A stretch of 64,000 bases of DNA from Lama glama. Taxonomy: Eukaryota. The notes under the pieces were generated by a model, which saw only the letters and a program-made list of their open reading frames with translations, was not told where the DNA came from and ran no database searches. Every line of letters begins with the position of its first letter. Within the stretch, counting starts at the first letter, position 1. The stretch lies in assembly GCA_028534125.1 (NCBI GenBank), contig CM052816.1:4590001-4654000 (forward strand), given 5' to 3'. The position numbers and the translations under genes were made by a program. Shown one piece after another: positions 1-13,130 of the stretch.

Positions 1-1650
1 CACACCATGTATAAAAAGTAATTCAAAATGAATTCTATACCTAAATATAATATTAAAAATTCAACTTCTAGAATAAAATTTAGGTAAAAACTGTTTGTGA
101 CCTTGGGTGAGGCAAAGATTTTTAGTTATGGCATTAAAAGCAGGATGTAAAAACAAACAAATTGATCAATTTAATGTAATCAAATTAAAAAAACCACTGC
201 TAGTCAAATGTGATGAAAAGATAAAAAACAGACTGGGAAAAAATATTTTGAAATCATATATCTGATAAAGGACTTACATGTAGAAAATAAAAAAGCTCTC
301 AAAGGCAGTAGTATGAAAATTAGCCAATTAAAATTGGTAAAGGATCTGAATGGATATTTTATTAAAGAAGATGTATGAATGGCAATAAGCACATAAAAAG
401 ATTCTCAATATTATTAGTTATTAAGGAAGTGCAAGTTAAAACCCCCAATAAAATACCACCATAAACCTACCTGAATGGCCAAAGTTAACAATGGATCATA
501 CTGAGTGCCGGTGAGCACGTGGAGGAACTAGAACTCTTACACACTGCTGCTCACAATGTAAAATGGTACAATTGCTTTGGAACACAATTAGGCAGTTTCT
601 TAAAAATTTAAATATACACCTACACTATATTAGTTCATTACGGTTGCCATAACAAAGTACCACAAATTGAGTGTCTTAAACAGAGATTCAATGTCTCATG
701 ACATGATTCTGAATAGAAGTTCAAGATCAAGGTGGTGGCAGTGCTGGTCCTTCTGAGTGCTGTGAGAAAAAATCTGTTCCAGGTGTCTCCCTAGATTCTG
801 GTGGTTGTTGGCAGTCTTTGGCATTCCTTGGCTTGCAGAAGCATCACCTCATCTCTGCTTTCTCATTATATGGCATATTTCCTGTGTGTGTGTTTTCATG
901 TCCAAACTTTCCCTTTCTGTAAGGACACCAGCTATATTGGATGAAGGCTCCCTTAATGACCTCATTTTACCTTAATGACCTCTATAAAGACTCTGTCTCC
1001 AGATAAGGTCACATTACTGGGGTTTAGAACCCCAACATATCTTTTTCAGGGTACAAAATTCAACCCTTATCACACACCATATGATCTGGCCATTCCATTT
1101 CTAGGTATTTATCCAAAAGACATGAAAACATATGTATATATGTTCACAGATGCTTTATTCATAAAACCCCCAAACTAGAAACAGACAAAATCTCAATCAA
1201 CAAATGGATGGCCAAATTGTGGTATATCTCTACAATAAATCAATACCTAGCAATAAAATAAATTAACTGTGGAACTACACAATTATACAGATTAGTCTCA
1301 AAATAATTATGCTGCATGATGTAAGTCAGACAAAGAGGAACACATCTTTTGTGATTCCATTTATATAAACTCAAGAAAATGTGTAATAATTTATAGTGAC
1401 AGGAAGCAGATTGTCGTTGCCTAGTGATGCAGAAGGGGTCAGGGAAAGCTGAGAGGGAGAGATTTTAAAGGGAAAAGGAGACTTTCAGGGGTGACATATT
1501 TGTTCATTAACTTGATTGTGATGATAGTGTCAGTTTTATATGTGTGTATATATATGTGTGTGTGTGTGTCAAAACTTATCAAATTGTACACTTCATATAT
1601 GTGGAGATTATTATATGTCAATTATATCTCAGCAAAGCTACTTTTAAAAA
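1..1650 (+). mobile_element. Old L1M-type fragment (ORF2 3' end and 3'UTR), interrupted by an MLT1 LTR
   Basis: Degenerate L1 motifs (GGGAAAAAATATTTTGAAATCATATATCTGATAAAGG; CCATTCCATTTCTAGGTATTTATCCAA; GATTCCATTTATATAAAC). Confidence 0.85.
626..1072 (-). mobile_element. MaLR solo LTR (MLT1C-like) nested in L1
   Basis: GCCATAACAAAGTACCACAAA..TCAAGATCAAGG..GGACACCAG..ATTCAACCC motifs, with an approximate 5-bp TSD TACAC/CACAC. Confidence 0.85.
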
Positions 1651-1780
1651 ACAGCTTGTGCATGAGCAGGGCACCTGGTAATGTAAACAATAAGAGGGTG
1701 ACATACTTAACTAATGATGACTGTATAAGGCTGTTGAGACATCTTTGAGAAATGTCACTCCACCATTTAAAGATAGGATA

Positions 1781-2157
1781 CTTTTGTGGGCTTTTTAACA
1801 ATGGCCATTCTGACTGGTGTGAGGTGATACTTCATTGCAGTTCTGATTTCCATTACTGTGATAATTAGCAATATTAAACATTTTTTCATGTGCCATTTGG
1901 CCAACTGTATGCCTCCACTGGAGAATTGCTCATTTAGGTCTCACCAGACATGGATACATTGTAACTGACTATACTTCAATTAAAAAAAAAAAGGAATGAG
2001 TGTGTATATGTCCATGTATGACTGAAAAATTGTACTGAACACTGGAATTTGACACAACACTGTAAAATGATTATGAATCAATAAAAATGTAAAAAAAAAA
2101 AACAAAGAGTGAAATGAAAGCGCAAGAAATTTTTTTAATAAAAAATTTTAAAAATAA
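1781..2157. mobile_element. Composite L1 insertion: inverted ORF2 piece (1781-1942, minus) joined to plus-strand L1 3' ends with A-tails
   Basis: Minus-strand ATGGCCATTCTGACTGGTGTGAGGTGATAC, then plus-strand ..GACTATACTTCAATTAAAAA and a second L1 tail. A 13-bp TSD TAAAGATAGGATA lies at 1768-1780 and 2158-2170. Confidence 0.8.
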
Positions 2158-2201
2158 TAAAGATAGGATATTAGTGTTTCCACAGTAGATACAGCTTTAG
2201 A

Positions 2202-3056
2202 ACACCAGTCAGAATGGCCATCGTTCAAAAATCCACAAATGACAAATGCTGGAGAGGCTGTGGAGAAAGCGGAACCCTCCTACACTGCTGGTGGGAATGC
2301 AGTTTGGTGCAGCCACTGTGGAAAACAGTATGGAGATTCCTCAAAAGACTAGGAATAGACTTACTGAATGACCCAGGAATCCCACTCTTGAGCATATATC
2401 CAGAAGGAATCCTACTTCAGAATGACACCTGCACCCCAATGTTCATAGCAGCACTATTTACAATAGCCAAGACATGGAGACAGCCTAAATGTCCATCAAT
2501 GGATGACTGCATAAAGAAGATGTGGTATATTTATACAATGGAATACTACTACTCAGCCATAAAAACCAACAACATAACGCCATCTGCAGCAACATGGATG
2601 TCCCTGGAGAATGTCATTCTAAGTGAAGTCAGCCAGAAAGAGAAAGAAAAATACCATATGAGATCGTTCATATGTGGAATTAAAAAAAAAAAACAACCAA
2701 AACCAAAACCAAAACCAAAAACAAAGCATAAATACAAAACAGAAACAGATTCATAGACATAGAATACAAACTTGTGGTTGCCGAGGGGGTGGAGGGTGGG
2801 AATGGATAGACAGGATTTCAAAATTGTAGAATAGATAAACAGATTACACTGTATACCATAGGGAAATATATACAAGATATTATGGTAGCTCACAGAGCAA
2901 AAAATGTGACAATGAATATATATATATATATATATATTCATTCATGAATATATATATATATATATGTTCATGTATAACTGAAAAGTTGTGCACTACACTG
3001 GAATTTGACACAACATTGTAAAATGATTATAAATCAATAAAAAATGTTTAACAAAA
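2202..3056 (+). mobile_element. 5'-truncated camelid-type L1 (ORF2 C-terminal Cys-rich region plus 3'UTR)
   Basis: ORF 2214-2756 translates as the L1 ORF2p C-terminus ([47 protein letters not shown]). It is followed by the 3'UTR, AATAAA and an A-tail. Confidence 0.95.
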
Positions 3057-4029
3057 AAGAAATTTTTTAAAAAAAAATTTTAAAAATAATAAAGATAGAA
3101 TATTGGTGTTTCCACAGTAGATATACAGTCTTAGAACACCATCTAAGATGGCATAAAAGGAAATGTTACCATCTAAAAGAGGTATGGTGCTTTAGGTTGG
3201 AGGAAGGATATCTACAAACCCTGACCATTGCACATAATTGAAGTGGAAATGCAGGATGCTGTAGAAAGAGGAAGGGCTCTAGGGCTGATGTGTCACACCA
3301 ATGTCAAATCAGCTCATGCATTGAACACAGACATACTGAGCTCAAACAAGTGCCTCAAGCTTTGGATGTAGTGATGAACTGATGTGCTCCCTGTCCAAAA
3401 AGAGCCCCTAGTCTGGTGGGAAAAGGGCAGAGACTGCACGTTCTCAAATTCCCAGAACACTATTTGCTTGGGGCCCCATGAGTGTGCATGCTAATGCTAG
3501 GGGAGCCCAAAGGAGGGAGAGGATGGGTCTGTCATTCCTAGCCAATTCTCTCCCACTCAGTAGAACATAAACCCATCACAAAGATATAAATTGCCAGGCT
3601 AGATCAGACTTAGACCTCCCAGGTCAACATTTCTTTTATATGACAGTAATTTGTACCAAGGGGTATGGGGAAGAAACACAATTATCTTCCTTGGTGCTAG
3701 TGTGAAAGTTTGGGACTATTCCCAGGGTCCTTATAGTCTGTGTCTGAAAATTTAAATTTAGCTAAGTTATTTCAAGTCTAGAATACAGGGTGAGAAAGTA
3801 TATAACTAGAGTCTATAGAATCAACAGTGGTCTCAATGAGATTAATTTGAACTTGATATATCAATTCAGTGAAATCTATCAGTCAAACCAATGTGTGACA
3901 ACTTGCAGGAATAGCGACCAATTGATTTTCTATCATTTTCTTTCTGTAATTGGTTGCTCCTTGATGCAATGGAGTGGACGAAGAATCTGGATATTTAATC
4001 AAAATGCCTAAGAGGCAGCAAGAAGTGAA

Positions 4030-4830
4030 TGAAGGACAAACACTGGTATCAGAAACTCCCCCATCTAGCTGGGTGACATTGAATAAGTTTAATGAACCTC
4101 TAAGAAACTGAACTCCCGCCCTGAGAAAATGGTGGGTAGTAAGAATATCTACATTGAAGAGTTGATCTGAGGCTTTAATGAACCCGGTGTGTGTGGTCCC
4201 TGGTTCACGGTAATGAAGAAGAGGAGGAGGAAGAAGGAGAAGAAAGGAGGAGGAGGAAGAGAGGAGGAGGAGGGCCTCCACTGGCAGAACCTGTAGCTCT
4301 TCTTGAGCTTTATTCATTTACTACATAAGATGGCAATAATGAGAGCTGCCCCTATGTAACCCAACAAATTAATTCAAGAAGTAGCTACACTTGACAGGTG
4401 TGTGCCAGGCACTGAGGATATAGAGATGAACAAAACAGGATTCTTGCCCTCAAGGAGTTTCAGTCTAGCAAGGAAGACAGACAAGCAAAGAGACAATGGT
4501 AATACAGGTTAAAGGATCCATAATAGGTAACGCACAGGCTGGGTGCGGATGCCCGCAGAGGGGACTCCTTACCTAGGAGGGATCAGGACAGGCTTCTTGA
4601 ATGGGAGTTAGCCACTAACGAGTTTTTGGCAGAGGGAATACATATCCAAAGGCTGAAAGGCAAGAAACAGTCGGTGATTTAGCAAATAATTGTTTAGTTT
4701 GGTGAGAAGGAAGAGTTCAAGGAAGAGAGAGATGAAAGAAATTCTGAGAAGGTCAATAGAGGCCAGATCAGATAAGCCTCTTAAACCATATGACAGAGTC
4801 TGGCCACTATCTTGAAGTATCCTGAATACA
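4030..4830. mobile_element. MIR fragment, (GGA/GAA)n purine tract (~4217-4272) and L2 fragment
   Basis: MIR core TAGCTGGGTGACATTGAATAAGT; L2 motif TGTGCCAGGCACTGAGGATATAGAGATGAAC..CCCTCAAGGAG. Confidence 0.65.
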
Positions 4831-4960
4831 AGCAGATGTTAGAAACAATGTTAAAATCTAAGCGAAAGTACTCTTTAATTATAAAGTTCTTTTCAAATGG
4901 TGTCACTATCATCAGGTACACAAGGATTCATTCAGGGTGAGCTGTTATGCACAAGGTTGC

Positions 4961-5318
4961 TGCTACGAACTATAGGTTTGTGTTCCCCAAAATTCCAGTG
5001 TTGAAAACCTAACCTCCAGTGTGATGGTATTTGGAGGTGAGGGCATTGGGAGGTGTTTTAAGTCATGAGGATGGAGCCCTCATATGGGATTGGGGCCCTT
5101 ATAAAACAGACCTCAGAGAGCTCCCTTGCCTCTCCTACCATGTGAGAACACACAGAAGATGCCACCTCATCAAGAAACAAGCTCTCACCAGACATCAAAC
5201 CTGCTGGCGCCTTGATCTTGGGTTTCCCAGCCCCCAGAATCGTGAGAAATAAATTTGTTGTTTATAAGCCAACCCAGTCAATAGGGTTCTATTACAGCAG
5301 CCTGAACAGACTAGGATT
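4961..5318 (+). mobile_element. MaLR solo LTR (MLT1A-like)
   Basis: TGTGATGGTATTTGGAGGTG..CATGAGGATGGAGCCCTCAT..CTTGATCTTGGGTTTCCCAGCC..GTGAGAAATAAAT..CAGCAGCCTGAACAGACTA. Confidence 0.88.
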
Positions 5319-7304
5319 GTAGCTCATCTCATTTTTCCCACCTTCCTAACACCAACACAGCCACACACACACAAAGAAAAAAATAATAACCTGTCATACA
5401 ATTGCTTGCAATTTTAAGTATGAAGTCTTATGCCTGCTCGTTGCTGCATGAAGCTCAGGAGGCTGATGAAATTAACTACCACAACTTTGTGTCAAGAGCT
5501 GCTGTCCTTGATTCTACTCCTCCTAATTTCATGTCATCAGAAGTCAAGAGCTCCCAGAAAGGCTGGTCTCCTGTCTCCAGTTTTGCTTTTCCTGGCAGAG
5601 AAGTAGGGTTACCCAGAGCACTGAATGTGTTTAAGGGATGGAAAGAAGACGAATTCTTCTAACAGAGACCATACTGCTTGCCCTCAGATGCATCTCTAGT
5701 GGGTAGGTGGGTCAAATCCCTCAAAACTCCATGAGGAAATGGAATCATTGAAGATCTTAGATGAAAATTAACGGTGCCAATTTTTAAAAAATACAAGCCT
5801 ACCCTTAGGACTTTTGTTGTCAAACATTCATAAATGTGGCTGTCAGATGGGTACACAGCCTCAAAGCCTTAGAGTGGTGCCAACTAGTGGTTTATACTGT
5901 TGCTAACATATAACAAAAGGCTCAGACATTTACTTAAACAGTAAAAATGGGGAATGTGGGGAGGTGCCAGAAATGTAAATTTGGAAGAAATCCATGGCAG
6001 AAGAAGGAAGTCTTCGATGCACGCCAGGGGTGAAGTGTACGTGCACCATTTTAAATTGTTCTTTGGGGTGAAAATTGAAACTTCTGCACCTGAGCCCTTT
6101 CAGAAGAACTGCTCAGAGGGAAGCTATAAAGTGTCCCCACATATAAGAAAATAAAATATGTTCCCATAAGCTCCCAAAAGGAAATTATTACAAGATGATC
6201 AGCCCATTATGTGAGCTCACACCTGGGCTTTCTATTCTGGAGAGAGGAAGAGTAGAAGAACTTGCCTAGTTAATCTTGGGAGAGAGACTGATTTTGTCTT
6301 CTGGAATCTATTTTCTTATAAGTTAGTTCTCATAGTTTAAAAAAATCACCGTTATTTAGCTGGTTTATTTGAAAACGCCCATCTTCCTGGAGTTCCTAAA
6401 GCTATATGATAATATAAATTAGTAATAACTTTTATGAATTTATTGAAATAAATTTATTAGTTTTTAGAATCACTGTAATAATTATTAGCTAACTGTTAGT
6501 CAATAGTATAATTAGAACTTATTATAACCAATTTATTGAAATTAATTATACTGGGTAGCTATAAACAAGACAAGCAAATAATGAATCTGAGACCATAAAA
6601 ACCAAACTGAAATATATTACATTAGACTCTGGAGCTATAGTACATATCCACAGGAACACAAGTCTAAGAAAACTAGCTTTAAATACATAAATTCTTATAG
6701 AAAACTCTGCTTCCAGTTCAACAGAGCAGTCTTAGGAAATGTAGTGATCAACTGTTGTAAGAGAAATCTCTCTGCCAAAGATTCTAGCATAATCAGCGTT
6801 AATTCCAAGAAACTGATCAAATACTTTGGCATTATTTCAAATTATTGAGTTTCTGCCTCAGAAACCTTAACTGCTGATTAATAAATCCTTTTTATAGAAA
6901 GTTTTCCGAAGTATAAAGACATTCACTGGTTTATATAAAGCTAGGTGGAAAGACCTATTCAATGCACAATTTTTCTCACATTGGTCACCTATGCCCAAGC
7001 TGAACAAATCTGTAAGAGGAGAGAATGAATACACTTATTCTAATAATTTAGGGAAAGGACCACCAAATATTCAGAAAAATGCAATATTGGAATAGCTACT
7101 TCAGAGAGAATCCTGGAAGATAATAATCAAAGATGGTATACAAATTCCAACTGCCAAAATAAAATTGATTGCACAAGTTCCCTATGTCTGAATATGACTT
7201 AAACAAAGATTGTTTTAATTATGTTAACTAAGTAGAAATATTAAAGATCTTTCTTCTATAGATAAATTTCAGTAACATTTTCTAAAATAAAAAAAGCAGT
7301 GCCA

Positions 7305-7658
7305 GTAAGCCAGAAAGAGAAACAAAAATACCATATGAGATCACTCATATGCGGAATGTAAAAAGAAAAAAAAAAAGAACATAAATACAAAACAGAAACA
7401 GACTCATAGACACAGAATACAAACTTGTGGTTGCCAAGGGAGCAGGGGGTGGGAAGGGACAGACTGGGATTTCAAAATGTAGAATAGATAAACAAGATTA
7501 TACTGTATAGCACAGGGAAATATATACAATGTCTTGTGGTAGCTCACAGAGAAAAAAAAATGAGACAATGAATATATGTACGTTCATGTATAACTGAAAA
7601 ATTGTGCTCTACACTGGAATTTGACACAACATTGTAAACTGACTATAACTCAATTAAA
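7305..7658 (+). mobile_element. Young 5'-truncated camelid-type L1 3' end
   Basis: Similar to the L1 3'UTR at 2630-3050. Perfect 16-bp TSD AAAAAAAGCAGTGCCA at 7289-7304 and 7659-7674. Confidence 0.93.
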
Positions 7659-9599
7659 AAAAAAAGCAGTGCCAACTTAAAAAAAAAAACTGCACTATGC
7701 TTAAACACACAGTTTGTTCAAGTGGTCAAGTTGGAGCAACAGTGAGTTTCTATTCTTTACCGAGCAAATGATAAGTCCCGAACTAAATGCTGCAAAAAAA
7801 CAAACTTGCAGGATGTGAATGCTGTCCTTAAGATTTCCATCTCTCTGGTGAAATAAGATTTTGAATATAACACCTAAAAGAAATTAATATAGCCTATCAC
7901 ATAATGAGGTGCAAAATTTTCAGCAATAGTAAATTTACTCCGCATTTGTTGAATGTTTATATGTCAAGCACTACATGAGGCACTGAGTATATGCAATGAA
8001 TTATACTTAATCCCTGCCCTCAAGAAACTCACAGGAAGAAATACCATCTTCCAAATTGTATTCCATGGACAGTGAAACTTCTCAAACCTCTGTGACCACG
8101 GAACACTCTTTTCCAGAGTCTGAAGAGTATTCTTCAGAGCAACGTGGGAAATGCTGGTTTCAATCCATGAGTGGTATACAAATGTGAGTAAGAAAATTCT
8201 GCCTAGGTTACAGTTTCAGAAATCTTTATGGATAATATGAATTTTAATCAAAGCACTGGACGATGGCTAAGCCCTGGACTGGTAGGTAGATTTAAAGTAA
8301 GGAGAGCTCATAACTAGACACATGTAAAAGGTACATGGTAGATAAGAGTTAAAATGACTGGACCACCTGGACCACAGGCCCTTAAGCAGAATAATGGGAA
8401 ATAAAATTTGATAGGTGAGTTGAGACCAAGAGTGAAGGATCTAAAAACCCAAATTTAAAATTCCATTCTTGATTAAGAAAGTGACATGAAAAAAGCCCTA
8501 TTTTTAAGGAGCAACCTAGCCATGATATTTTAGTGTATTCTGCATGTAAAGAAAAATCTAGAAAATACCCAGAAGGTAACAGGACTCAAACCCTCCCTGA
8601 AAAGTGGATCGACATGATTGCAATGACAAAAGTTTGAAAAATGATGTTTTACATAAGAAAACATACTAATATCAGATAGAAACAAGGCAAAAGACATAGA
8701 AAACTTTAATTTTCTTTTCACTAGCAGAAGCAGTCCGGGGCATTAGGAAGGAAACTATCAATTATAAGAGCCAGAAAGCACTGGAATTCAAACTTTGAAT
8801 CCACCACTGAAGGCAACATGATATAGCTACAAAACTTGAGCTGCAAACTTGGATTGAGTGGGTTCAACCCCATGGCTGTCATTTACTTCTGTCTAAAATA
8901 GTTGTTTTGGTTACATACACTCACTCACATTCAAGAAGCCTCTACAATGCTTTAAGAAATTCTATAGCTTTATCTTTTATACTTTATTTAGCCTCTCAAC
9001 AAATATTTTCTAAGTATTGATTCTCTATCAAGGACTGAGCTAGTCACTGGAATTTCAGCATTGAGCAAGACAGACAAGGCTGCTGCCCCTGAGAAGCCCA
9101 TACACCTACACAAAAAACATTATTATTAACGTACAGAAAAGAATCCATCCCTCGCACCACTTTCATACAGCAGCTCACCATGATAGATCTAATGTCTTCA
9201 ATGATGTGCTGCAGAGATGTCAGGAATGAGAAGGATGCATTAATTTACTGTAGATAATAACCAGACTTTGAGAAGAAAGTATGAAACCATCAATCTGTAT
9301 TTAAGCCAGCAACTGACTCTTGTTGCTACTCAGGACGTGATGATCATCAGCAGCACTTAGAAACAGAACGTCAGAGTTAGAAAGGCTCAGAAAGATCAAA
9401 TCATTCTACCTCGCATTTTTACCAACACAGGAACTAAAACCACAAGGGGAGAAATGCTGTTTCCAAGGCTCAAAAGCTACTCAGAGGCAGAAAAGGGACC
9501 AGAACCAAGCTGCCCTTTACATCAGTCCTCTGCTCTTTCTAGCACACTACAAAGGACACCATTGTTTAGAGCAACGAAAAAGTTGAAAGGTTTTATAGC

Positions 9600-10130
9600 A
9601 CACCTATGATATTCATCTGCAACACCTCTCATTTGGAGAACTACCCTCCCCTTTCTCTGTCTTCTTGCTCAGCTCACGTGGTTTGGCTGAGACTCATCCA
9701 GACCCTCCAGCCTCCTGAGTCTCAGGGGACGTCACATGACGCAGCCCTTGCGTCTTCTCCAGACACACTGATTGCTTCAGGGATGGGTACCTGCCCCAAG
9801 CTAGGGCAGGTGATGTCCTTCCCAGGATGTTTGCCAGATTACCAGGAAAGGTATTTCTCTTTTTCTAGAATCATAGACCATATGGATTCTGAAAGTCTGG
9901 AACTCTTGAGCCATGTTCTCTGCCACATGGATAGAACCTGTTAGGGAAAAAAGCAAGTAAAGCAGAACCAAGAAATGAAAAGATCAAGCAAGAAATGTCA
10001 CGACTAAGCCACTTGGATCCAACTTGGCCTACAATTAGACTTCCCCCAGACTTTTCTGTAAAATGAGCCAATCAATTCTTTTTCTCAACCTAGTTTAAAA
10101 TTTTCCCTTGTAACTTTTTTTAAAAGTCCC
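9600..10130 (+). mobile_element. Old MaLR LTR (MLT1J/K-like)
   Basis: CTGATTGCTTCAGGGATGGG..CCCAAGCTAGGGC..TGAGCCAATCAATTC motifs. The subfamily is uncertain. Confidence 0.55.
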
Positions 10131-10309
10131 TAAAAATACACATACTAAATGAACATTTACTTTTAGAATATACCTAATACTATCCTTTCCAACTTGAAAT
10201 GTCTTTGTAGCATCAGCAACAAAAAAATCCATAAATTTGATGGCCACACCAAGATTTCTAAGAGGAAATGTTAAGGATGACTTATTAAATTATTGAAGAA
10301 ATTTTGGAG

Positions 10310-11300
10310 GAAGGCAGAACAGTATGGTAGGTAAGATCATGGCTTTGAAAACATACAGACTTGGGCTTTATGTCAAATACTGGCTCTGCCAGTTACTGGC
10401 TGTGTGATCTTAGGCATGTTGCTCAGTCTCTCTGTTTCCCTTCTCATGAGGCCTAAATAAGATCATGTACATGAAGTGCCTTACACAATGCCAACTACAC
10501 AGTAATCACTAAACAAATAGTAACTATTACTGTTGATATTATAATTATTTATTATTTTTAGTGCTAGTAATGGTGGTAGGTACTAACTGCAATTACTGTG
10601 CTAAACATTCAGGATGCAAAATGGAATATGGTACAAATCTTGCCCTTGGAGTTGCAGACAACAACCATTCAGAATTTTGATAGGTGTCAAACAAAGGATA
10701 CCAGACACAAACACTCTGGAGTCCAGGGATGAGAGAGAGAACCATGAACGTGAATGGTTGGGGAAGATTCTACTGCCTGAAAACTACTGTAAGTAAAATG
10801 TATAAAATATAAGTTAATGTATTACTGTTCCTATCTCTGTCAGCAAACATTCATGGAAGCAAATTTTAAAATATGGGCTGTAACCAAAGGATAAATGCTG
10901 GAGAGGGTGTGAAGAAAAGGGAACCCTCCTACACTGCTGGTGGGAATGTAGTTTGGTGTAGTCATTACGGAGAACAGTTGGGAGATTCCTCAAAAGACTA
11001 AAAATAGACTTACCAAATGATCCAGCAATCCCACTCCTGGGCATATATCCTAAGGAAACTGTAATTCAAAAAGATATATGCACCTCAATATCCACAGCAG
11101 CACTATATGCAATAGCCAAGACGTGGAAGAACCTAAGTGATAAGCCAGACAAATTCCCCATTTTACAGATGGAGAAACTGAAACCCCTTTAGAGAAGAAG
11201 CTTGCCCAGGTCGCACAACGAGCCACTGGAAAATTGGGGGTGAGAAAGCTGTTTGAAGCTTCGGAAGCCTGAGGCTTCTGTTTCCATTCCAAAAGGAGTA
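10310..11300. mobile_element. MIR (10310-10550), L1 ORF2 fragment (~10891-11136, plus) and a second MIR piece
   Basis: MIR core TGGCTCTGCCAGTTACTGGCTGTGTGATCTTAGGCA; L1 ATAAATGCTGGAGAGGGTGTGAAGAAAAGGGAACCCTCCTACACTG; MIR CCCCATTTTACAGATGGAGAAACTGA. Confidence 0.8.
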
Positions 11301-12639
11301 GCTAACCCATTTCTGTACATAATTTACCACAGAGTAAGCCCCATCTCAATTCCTGTCAGTTTTAGGACTGTATCATCTCTGTCACTGTCATTAGTTAATT
11401 CCTTAAACTGACCTCAGTTCAACATCTTCACTGTAGTCATTTATTTTTAAAGCTTCAATGGGCAGTTTGTTGAAAGACATATCATTTTTCTCATGATAGT
11501 ATCACTCTTGATCTAAACTGTTTTCCACATAAGCGGGAGCAGGAACAGGAAGTGGAGTTCTTCTCTTGTTTTGATATTGAGCTCGCTTCCTTTGGTGGGC
11601 TCTGCTCCAGGCAGAGGAGTCCAGCCCCCTTGGACCTAATATTGCTAGTCCCGCTGCCTACACAGCTCCATGGACTTGAAACAGAATTTCTAGTAGTAGG
11701 TTAGCATCTCTGCCTAGGGGACAGCCATGTTCTGATTTAACTCAGCTCTTTCCTGATGTTTAAAACCCTTTAGCTCTAAAATTTCAAATGCTTATGCCAC
11801 TTTTCCCCATAGTTTTTATAGAAGACTAAACATGCAATATCCATTACTTTCCGCCCTCTCAACCAGTGATAATATAGTCCAACACATCAAGGTTGGAATG
11901 TTTTTCAAGACATCCCCTATCCCTGATCCAATCCCACTGCACATTTATAAAAATCTGTTCTAGAAAATCAAACTGGATTTGAATTTATTCTATGAAACGT
12001 CTGAGATTCTCCATTCTCACTGACAAATCACAGGAAATTCTACATTTTTCCCGCTCTTTGATAGCCCCATGGCTCTCTGTTGCTCTGTCACCAGCTGGAT
12101 TATGGTCCACTAATAGTGGTGGGTTCCAAAGAGACAGAAGGCTGTCTTCTACCCATTTTTTATTTTGATGACAAAGAATCACCCCACAAGCCTTGTTAAA
12201 ACCTCATTTAATCTAGAAAAAATAGAGACACTGAGATACTTAAGCAGGAACATGATAATATCACCATCCATCAAAGCTGAAATCATGGAGTGAAAGGAGG
12301 CCTGGAAAGCCTGTCCTGGGAGGCATATGACCACCCCAGAATGAATCAACAAGAGCTTTTAGCATTAGCTGCCGCATCATTTAACCCTCATTTTTATCAG
12401 AAATTTAAAACCTTGCCTATGGATTCTGAAACCTTAGTTAGAAAAATCTTGTCTGCAGTCAAACCACCAGGAAAAATAAAGTAATAGGACAATAACTCAT
12501 GCATGGCTCTTGGAGATCACCTGCTGCAACTTTAAAAATGTGTAAACTAAAACCTGGAGTGAAGAAGTGACCAAGGCTCTTCCTAACTCTTTCTAAATGG
12601 CCTAAATGTCATCTGAAATGTGATTTGCTGGTACTCATT

Positions 12640-13130
12640 ATTCTAGTCTTGGCTCTGTTGCTTATTAGCTACACAATACTAGACGATTTACTGACCCTCT
12701 CTAAGCCTCAGTTTCCTCATCTGTAAAATGGGGTTAATAATAGCACCTACCTTATAATGTTGTTAGAAGGATTAAATGAGATATGTACAGGAAGTGACAA
12801 TTGCACAGTAAATATCTAAGTGACAAGCATCACTACTACTATTTATGATTGCAATTTTAGTATGATGCACCTAGGGAGAAATATCAACCCACACTCTACT
12901 CCTTAAGCCTCTGTGTCTCAGTCTCTCTCCCTGTCTCTCTTTCACGGATGTGTTCTGCAAGCACAGAATGTGGAGTGAGGAATCTGGATATCAGTCTCTA
13001 CCTTGCCATACTCTATGTTGGGTGACCTTGGACAAGTCAATTTACCAATCTAGGCCTCAGTTTCCTCATTCATAAGATAGGGAAATGGGATCAGGTGATA
13101 GCTATGATCCTAAACATCTCTACTATTAAA
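12640..13130 (+). mobile_element. Two MIR SINE fragments
   Basis: CTCTCTAAGCCTCAGTTTCCTCATCTGTAAAATGGGG and GTGACCTTGGACAAGTCA..GCCTCAGTTTCCTCAT cores. Confidence 0.85.

Noticed and set aside
2214..2756. 180-aa ORF as a host gene
   Set aside because: It is the C-terminal part of L1 ORF2p in a 5'-truncated copy, lacking the endonuclease and reverse transcriptase domains.
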